Below, piece after piece: positions 57,701-64,000 of a stretch of 64,000 nt of DNA; within the stretch, counting starts at the first letter, position 1; the number at the start of each line of letters is the position of its first letter. Origin of the DNA: Eledone cirrhosa (taxonomy: Eukaryota); assembly GCA_964016885.1 (NCBI GenBank), contig OZ024743.1, positions 293,632,001-293,696,000 of the forward strand, read 5' to 3'. The position numbers were made by a program, and so were the translations under genes. Below the pieces are notes generated by a model. The model did no database searches. It worked only from the letters and a program-made list of their open reading frames with translations, and was not told the origin of the DNA.

Positions 57701-58250
57701 ACCACTAAATTTAGGATGTCAACCGAATCTTGTCCTAGCCCGTCAGCATTCATCTCCTCAGTGGCCGTATCTCTGTTCCAGGTATTATTTATCTCAGTAT
57801 TCAGATCATTGTCTGCTTCGGGTGGTTCCTCCGTTCTCAGGACCTCCTCACCTTCATTTCCCGCCGGCTCGCTTGTCTGGCATACTACACCCGCCATCTC
57901 CAAGCCATTCTCTCTGCTCAGTTCCTCCAGTTCCAGCTCGCTTATCCACCCATTAGTTCTTATTACCCGAGCCTGCCCGGCCAATTTTTGTTCATCTAAT
58001 TTAAATAAACCAATCTCGTTCCAGATGTTATGCATCCGTCTCCTGTAGCCCCTCTCCTTGGGGTTACTTTTCAGGTAGCATTGCATAACAGTTCTATTCA
58101 ATTCTTTCGTCCAGTTGGTTCTGGCCCCTTTCCTTCTTCTTCTTCCTCCAACATCAGCAGTATTTGGTTGACAGTCAGGTTCCTGCTGCTGAGCCAGGGG
58201 GCACCTGTTGGGTGAGAGTCTGTCACATGACGTTCTAGTCTCCATTTCAC
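54776..58250 (-). mobile_element. R4/Dong-like non-LTR retrotransposon with restriction-like endonuclease
   Basis: Single-ORF RT plus CCHC plus PD..D RLE. The 3' end runs into (AAT)n. The 5' boundary is not determined. Confidence 0.88.
54851..58245 (-). pseudogene. RT-RLE polyprotein, one frameshift in a (GA)n run near 55405
   Basis: NYRPITCL, DYRKAFD, GIFQGDSLSPLLF, HLLFMDDLKL, CRICG..ETVAHIVSEC, RHD and RPDLVVVD..IVDVACPFD motifs. Confidence 0.92.
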
Positions 58251-58610
58251 CGTTATTCGAACTGTTTATGTTCGATATTTAAACACTCTTATCGAGGATT
58301 GGCGAACGTATGTTTACATAGCCATCTGTGGATCCGCCATCCCACTTGGCCCTTGTGTGGCATTATCACCACGCTGTATACGGACACACATAAACAAACA
58401 AACACACGGGCAGAAAGGGTCCCAAAAATGAATAAGCATAAGTTTCATTGTAATGTAGTATTCGAATGTCTGACTTAGTTTTTGTTTTTTAAGTTTTACT
58501 TTTTCCCCCCTCTTCTCTGTCCGTCCGCCTGCTTCTCTCTTCATTCTTATTTTCTTTACGTTTTTGGGGTTTCTTTTTTTGTTTTTGTTTTTCTCTGTTT
58601 GTTTTTCTCG

Positions 58611-58642
<32 letters not shown>

Positions 58643-58839
58643 GCTGTGCTGCTTTGGTTTTGTTGTTTGTTTTTTCTTTTTTCTTTTGAGTCTATCTATA
58701 TATTTTGATGCCTTCCTCTTTGTTAGTAGTAGGAATTCTATAATGTGGAAGTGGCAGCCAGCAGAGACTGGCGGCGTTGGCGATACTGAGACAGTGGTGG
58801 TGGTGATGTCGATACCGAGGCAGTGGTGGCGGTGATGCG

Positions 58840-59493
58840 ACCGTATTACTGTAGTGATGGTGCTGTAGCGGTGGCAGCAGCAGTGAAGGAGTCAAGGGGT
58901 GGTGGCGGCGGTGATGGGATAGTGGTGGTAATGATGGCCGTAGTGAGCGGTGGCGGTGAAGGTGAAAATGCTGTTGTGTTTAGTGTACACAGATGATGGG
59001 GTGGGTGGTGTATCTAGTTTCTGGTGTTGGTGAGTTTAGCTGTCCTATATAGTGTAGCCAGAGGAGAGGAGGGGGGGGGGGTTCTTCTTCTTCCATTTAT
59101 AGCCATTTTATTTTTTTTGGATATACAGTGTACAATACAAAGTTGAATATTTGAATATTTGAGCCGTATTACTGTAGTGATGGTGCTGTAGCGGTGGCAG
59201 CAGCAGTGAAGGAGTCAAGGGGTGGTGGCGGCGGTGATGGGATAGTGGTGGTAATGATGGCCGTAGTGAGTGGTGGCGGTGAAGGTGAAAATGCTGTTGT
59301 GTTTAGTGTACACAGATGATGGGGTGGGTGGTGTATCTAGTTTCTGGTGTTGGTGAGTTTAGCTGTCCTATATAGTGTAGCCAGAGGAGAGGAGGGGGGG
59401 GGGGTTCTTCTTCTTCCATTTATAGCCATTTTTTTTTTTTTTTTTTGGATATACAGTGTACAATACAAAGTTGAATATTTGAATATTTGAGCC
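58840..59493. repeat. Direct tandem duplication, period about 323 bp
   Basis: ccgtattactgtagtgatgg at 58841 and 59164. Both copies end tatttgagcc. Confidence 0.9.
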
Positions 59494-59897
59494 TTATAAC
59501 AATATATTTTGGGTCCGAATTTTTTGGGGCTCAAGCCGGGTGCTTTACGTAGCATTTGTACTAAGAGTTGTTATTTCACAAATGATTTAAATATGTTAAA
59601 AATTCAAAACTTACGGGAGCGATTTCATGACCCCCGTCACCTCGTGCGTCTTCTTCCCTTTATTATTATTATTATTATTATTATTGACGAAAGTGGATGT
59701 ACGTTTTTTGAAGCTCCGTGAGTAAGCAATTTTTGAGGATTAATTGTAGAGAATTGTTTATTTTTTGTACCGCTGAAGCATTATAAGACATTAATTTGTA
59801 TCCTGTGAAGGAATAACTCATAATATTTGGGCCTTTTGGCCCAAATATTTGAACTTTATTTTGAAAAAAAAAATAATAATTTTTTTCTCAAAAAAAC

Positions 59898-61808
59898 ATG
59901 GCGGAGCCACGCCCCCTAGAGGCGGGTCTGCTGTCGTGCAACGGCGACTTGAGCGTTGAGAGGAGAGGTGAGGCGAGGAGCGCCACCAGCACGAATGTGA
60001 GCAGCGACAGTGCCAGCACCAACGGGCCGAGCGGCGCGGAAGGTGGTAACAGCGACAACACCAACACCAACAAGCCGAACAGCGCAGAAGGTGGTAATAG
60101 CGAGAGCACCAACAAAACGAACAGCACAGAGAGTAATAGTAGCGACAGCAGCAGCACCAACAAGGCCAACAGCACAGAAGGTAACCACGACACAGGGGAG
60201 AACAACAACAGCAATAGCAGCAGCAACACCAACAAGAACAACAACAGTGACAACACCAACAAGAACACTTTCGCTGCTGTGGCAGCGGCTAAAAGGAGAC
60301 CATGCTACAGCATCGACTTAACCAACAGAGAGGAAAAGTTGGCCCAGGCCTGGAAAATCATAAATCAAGAGCAGACCTGGGCAAACTTAACTGTCCCGGC
60401 AGAAGCCATTGAGGCAGTGGAAAAAAGAACGGTGCATTTCAGATGCATCTCAGTAGAGACAAAGAGGGCAGCGATAATCGCCCAAGCTGACATAGAAGCC
60501 GCACTGAAATACATCAGAGAGGACACAGACTTCATAGAGAGGGGCAGGCAATACGGCACCGTTTCGGTGCTGTTCAAGTCTGAAGCCCTCGCTGTGAAGC
60601 ATTCAATGACCCCTTGCAAAACCAGCAAGGTCATAATGTACCCCTCCCACATGGGAAAACGAATAGCACGTGTGCGCATTCCCAGGATTCCACCAGGACT
60701 TGATATGTGGTGGCTCCTGGGTTGCGTAATCGTGGAAGGAACGGATACAGTCCCGGTAGAGGCAACGAGAACTGCCAGGGACGACTGGTCCGGGGTTGAT
60801 CTGGAGATACTGCTCCAAATCAGACCCGAAAACGTAAAAACAATCCCGGACCACATCCGCCTCCAAAACGGGAGGGTGTTGCATATAATGACTGAGGGCA
60901 AAAGGCCGCATTGTTTCCTTTGTGGGGAAACGACACACTTGCGAGCCTTCTGCCCTCAACTGCCGAAAAGCGCAAGGGGTCGAAAGATTCCACTGCTGGC
61001 GACGCCGGGACAAGGACCACCAGCAACACCGTCAACAATGGAACCACCAAAATTGCACACCCAGGGGGGAAACGAGGAAAGCTCTCCCATTCCCCCTCCC
61101 CCCCAAAATACACACACGAACAAGAACATAAACACTCACTCAGACACAAACACGCTCACAGCCACAGACCCCTCATCCTCCAGCAGTGAAGATGAGGGAA
61201 AACCAAAGTCCCCCAAAATACAAAAAACAAAACACAAAAAAAAAAGAAATCCACAAAGCACAAACACCCCCACAAAAAAAAATACACACACCACCCACAC
61301 AAACATTTTCCCCACAGCATCACCAACACAACCACCAAAATCCCCCAAACGCAAACAAGCTAAACAGACACAAGAACAAATAGACACACAAACATCAGAA
61401 ACTACAGACACCCCACCCACAACAAACGCAGACACAATAGAAACAACACTAACAAAGCTATCACCACCACAATCACACGAACAAATAAAACCCGAGCAAC
61501 AAAACATTAAAAACTTCGTGCTTGCCAGAAGGGCCAACAAGGAATTGATGGCCCATGTAGCACGAAGCACAAACATCGAAAAAGACGGGGAAACATTTGA
61601 AGCGAGCACATTTCGCGTACCAGATAATTTGCTTCTGATGCGAATGTCGCTCGCTTCATACAAAGAAATTCGAAAGAGCTTTCCTCGGGATGTGGGAACC
61701 CCGAACGTAAAACCCACGTCAAGACTATTAAAGGGGTTCCCAAAAGAAACCCCACAAACCATGGAGGTCGAACCACCCGACCTTCACAAGACCCCGGAAG
61801 GTAAGTAA
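59898..61808 (+). CDS. LINE ORF1 protein, 636 aa, CCHC zinc knuckle
   Basis: Uninterrupted ORF with CFLCGETTHLRAFC and low-complexity N/S/T and P/T/K regions. Confidence 0.88.
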   Translation: MAEPRPLEAGLLSCNGDLSVERRGEARSATSTNVSSDSASTNGPSGAEGGNSDNTNTNKPNSAEGGNSESTNKTNSTESNSSDSSSTNKANSTEGNHDTGENNNSNSSSNTNKNNNSDNTNKNTFAAVAAAKRRPCYSIDLTNREEKLAQAWKIINQEQTWANLTVPAEAIEAVEKRTVHFRCISVETKRAAIIAQADIEAALKYIREDTDFIERGRQYGTVSVLFKSEALAVKHSMTPCKTSKVIMYPSHMGKRIARVRIPRIPPGLDMWWLLGCVIVEGTDTVPVEATRTARDDWSGVDLEILLQIRPENVKTIPDHIRLQNGRVLHIMTEGKRPHCFLCGETTHLRAFCPQLPKSARGRKIPLLATPGQGPPATPSTMEPPKLHTQGGNEESSPIPPPPQNTHTNKNINTHSDTNTLTATDPSSSSSEDEGKPKSPKIQKTKHKKKRNPQSTNTPTKKNTHTTHTNIFPTASPTQPPKSPKRKQAKQTQEQIDTQTSETTDTPPTTNADTIETTLTKLSPPQSHEQIKPEQQNIKNFVLARRANKELMAHVARSTNIEKDGETFEASTFRVPDNLLLMRMSLASYKEIRKSFPRDVGTPNVKPTSRLLKGFPKETPQTMEVEPPDLHKTPEGK

Positions 61809-61837
61809 ACCTTTCCTCTCCCATTCATCCTGCCAGC

Positions 61838-64000
61838 ATGGCCATAAGAGTAGGAAGTTTAAATGTTCGTGGCCTGGGGTCGCCCTGGAAGCAAGGTCAC
61901 TTGCTCAACGACCTCAGGTCACTAGGAATGGATGTAATTGCCATCAGCGAGACCAGAATTTCCGACACACGCGCACTGGCGCCGATTTTCGACGATTATC
62001 AGATCTTTGCATCTGTTAGTCGGCCGGGAATGGGAGGTGGAGTGGCTGTGCTGTTTAGGAAATGTCTGGATCTCGAGGTAAGGTCAATCTTCCGGGATCC
62101 TGACGGAAAGTTGGTGGTCCTGGACGTGAGCAATAGCGAAGGTGGTGCCTTTAGACTGGTGGCCGTCTACGCCCCTACTGGGGCCGGTCGGCCGGACTTC
62201 TTTAGGCGCCTGGAAAACTTTCTGCTTACGTCTCGCCCTTTACTGTTAATAGGGGATTGGAATGGCATCTTAGAAGCACGCTGGGATTGTGTGGGAGTAT
62301 CTGATAGGAGCGGGGGGTGCAAAAGCCTCAAGTACCTGATCAGCCAGTTTCAACTGTCTGACAGGTACCGACTAGATTTCCCTAATGCGCCAGTATGGAC
62401 CTGGACCAATCGCATAGGGTCATCTAGATCGTACATAGATAGGATTTTCATTAGGAAAAGAGATAGAAATAGTGTAGGATGTCCACATTTTAAAACGGTT
62501 GCCTATTCAGATCACAAGCTTGTGATCTGTATGGTCGACCTAGATAAGACACGTAGGTTAGGACCTAGCTACTGGAAGCTAAACATGTCGTTTCCGGCAC
62601 GTAAAGCTTACAGGGACCGGGTCAACAACTTAGTTAAGCAAAAGTTGACAGGGGGGGTTGTCAACAACAGGTGGTGGGGGGCACTCAAAAGAGAGATTAG
62701 AGCAACCTCGATAGGATTTAGCAAAGAAGTAGCAATAGAGAAAAATAGAAAGGAGGAGGGGCTGATAGCTAAGTTAGACGAGGCTATTTGTAGTGGCATT
62801 GCAACAGACGTGCTAGCGGCGAGAATGGCACTAGACCATTTCTTCAATGCGAAACACGAAGGTTGCATTGTCAGAGCTAAGGCGCGTGCTCTGAGGAACG
62901 AGGGAACCAAAGCTGCCCGATGGGCTCGCTTTGCAGAGACGCAGCGTGGAAATAAAACCACAATTCGGTCTTTGACGGATCGAGATGGACACGAACTGAG
63001 CGATTCCAAGCGGATGTGTGAGGCCTTTCGCCAGCACTTTGCTCGATTGTTCGGGAGGATGGGTGAGTCGGAGACGGCGGCGGACTTCAGTCCCTACCTC
63101 GACGGCTTGCCACGCCTCTCGACGGCCGACGCTGAGCGCTGCGAAGAGCCGATAACATCAGCCGAAATTCAGGACGCCCTTGTCGGCTGCTCGAGTCGCA
63201 AGTCACCCGGTTTGGATGGTCTGCCCTACGAGCTTTACGTAAATATGCCAGACTTGTTCTCCGATCTCCTCGAAGCGCTCTACTGCAACTGGCAGCAGAA
63301 CGGGAGCATTCCCAGTTCTGTGAGCCGTGGCGTAGTGACGCTGATAAGGAAAGACGAGAACAAGAGGGACACACTAGATAATTTCAGGCCCATAACCCTG
63401 CTCAACACAGAGTTTAAGATTTTGGCCAAGGTGTTAGCGAAAAGGTTGGCGCTTGTCGTCAAAGATTTGGTTGGGGAGGCGCAAACTTGCGCAATCCCGA
63501 CCAGGTCCATACACGACAACCTCCACCTCATGCGATACATCATAGAGAGGGTTGGGTGCAAACCTGGCTTCGGTGGGGCTCTGATCAATTTAGATCAATC
63601 GAAAGCATTCGATAGGGTCGACCATCGGTACTTGGAGGCTGTCCTCGAGGCGGCTGGCTTCGGCCCCGTCTTCAGAAGCTGGATCGCTGCAATGTACAGC
63701 GGCATCCGCTCGGTGGTCAAAGTTAATGGCCACCTCTCGGAACCGTTTCAGATCTCTCGATCGGTCCGTCAAGGGTGCCCTCTCTCCTCACTTCTGTACG
63801 TATTGACTCTTGAGCCTCTACTGCGGAAGCTGGAGTTGTTGCAGGGCATCCCGCTCGAACCGGGACGTAGAAAGGCTGCGTCCGCTTATGCGGACGACAT
63901 CACCGTGATGGTGTCGGACACCTCGGAAATCGAGGTGATCCGCACCCATTTGGAGGAATATGAAAGGTTGACGGGAGCAAAACTTAACCCGGAAAAGTCG
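61838..64000 (+). CDS. LINE ORF2 (APE plus RT), partial, runs off the window
   Basis: ATG GCC ATA AGA GTA GGA AGT TTA AAT (MAIRVGSLN). Positions that are stops in copy 1 are sense codons here, and YADD is near 63890. The ORF track shows no stop-terminated ORF in this frame. Confidence 0.85.
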   Translation, partial: MAIRVGSLNVRGLGSPWKQGHLLNDLRSLGMDVIAISETRISDTRALAPIFDDYQIFASVSRPGMGGGVAVLFRKCLDLEVRSIFRDPDGKLVVLDVSNSEGGAFRLVAVYAPTGAGRPDFFRRLENFLLTSRPLLLIGDWNGILEARWDCVGVSDRSGGCKSLKYLISQFQLSDRYRLDFPNAPVWTWTNRIGSSRSYIDRIFIRKRDRNSVGCPHFKTVAYSDHKLVICMVDLDKTRRLGPSYWKLNMSFPARKAYRDRVNNLVKQKLTGGVVNNRWWGALKREIRATSIGFSKEVAIEKNRKEEGLIAKLDEAICSGIATDVLAARMALDHFFNAKHEGCIVRAKARALRNEGTKAARWARFAETQRGNKTTIRSLTDRDGHELSDSKRMCEAFRQHFARLFGRMGESETAADFSPYLDGLPRLSTADAERCEEPITSAEIQDALVGCSSRKSPGLDGLPYELYVNMPDLFSDLLEALYCNWQQNGSIPSSVSRGVVTLIRKDENKRDTLDNFRPITLLNTEFKILAKVLAKRLALVVKDLVGEAQTCAIPTRSIHDNLHLMRYIIERVGCKPGFGGALINLDQSKAFDRVDHRYLEAVLEAAGFGPVFRSWIAAMYSGIRSVVKVNGHLSEPFQISRSVRQGCPLSSLLYVLTLEPLLRKLELLQGIPLEPGRRKAASAYADDITVMVSDTSEIEVIRTHLEEYERLTGAKLNPEKS

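Larger units (their letters stand above)
59686..64000 (+). mobile_element. Second Tx1/L1-type LINE, apparently intact, truncated by the window end
   Basis: Begins after (ATT)n. ORF1 and ORF2 are homologous to those at 48990-54419. Confidence 0.92.

Noticed and set aside
58250-58440. HDV-like ribozyme at the 5' end of the R4/Dong-like element
   Set aside because: Plausible from family knowledge, but I could not fit the nested double pseudoknot by eye.

Overview
AT-rich, microsatellite-dense animal genomic DNA made up almost entirely of retroelements. The SINE type and repeat landscape suggest a mollusc such as an octopus, which is inference only. I found no host gene. Protein-coding elements: three Penelope-like element (PLE) remnants with C-terminal GIY-YIG endonuclease (one near-complete at 15.8-20.9 kb), an RTE LINE with a 5' inversion (25.8-28.5 kb), two Tx1/L1-type LINEs (48.8-54.7 kb decayed; 59.7 kb to the window end with open ORFs) and an R4/Dong-like RLE LINE (54.8-58.3 kb). 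There are also several tRNA-derived SINEs. The main hidden layer is RNA structure: more than 20 type I hammerhead ribozyme (HHR) motifs, read by eye, in about ten sequence families. They sit in PLE pseudo-LTRs and in small non-coding, terminally redundant units of about 420, 445 and 531 bp that resemble retrozymes. One family has a fixed compensatory U3-A8 core in all six copies. Several fold-back palindromes and truncations map to ribozyme hairpins. A precisely bounded 610-bp non-coding element occurs four times. All folds and alignments were done by eye and need computational confirmation.
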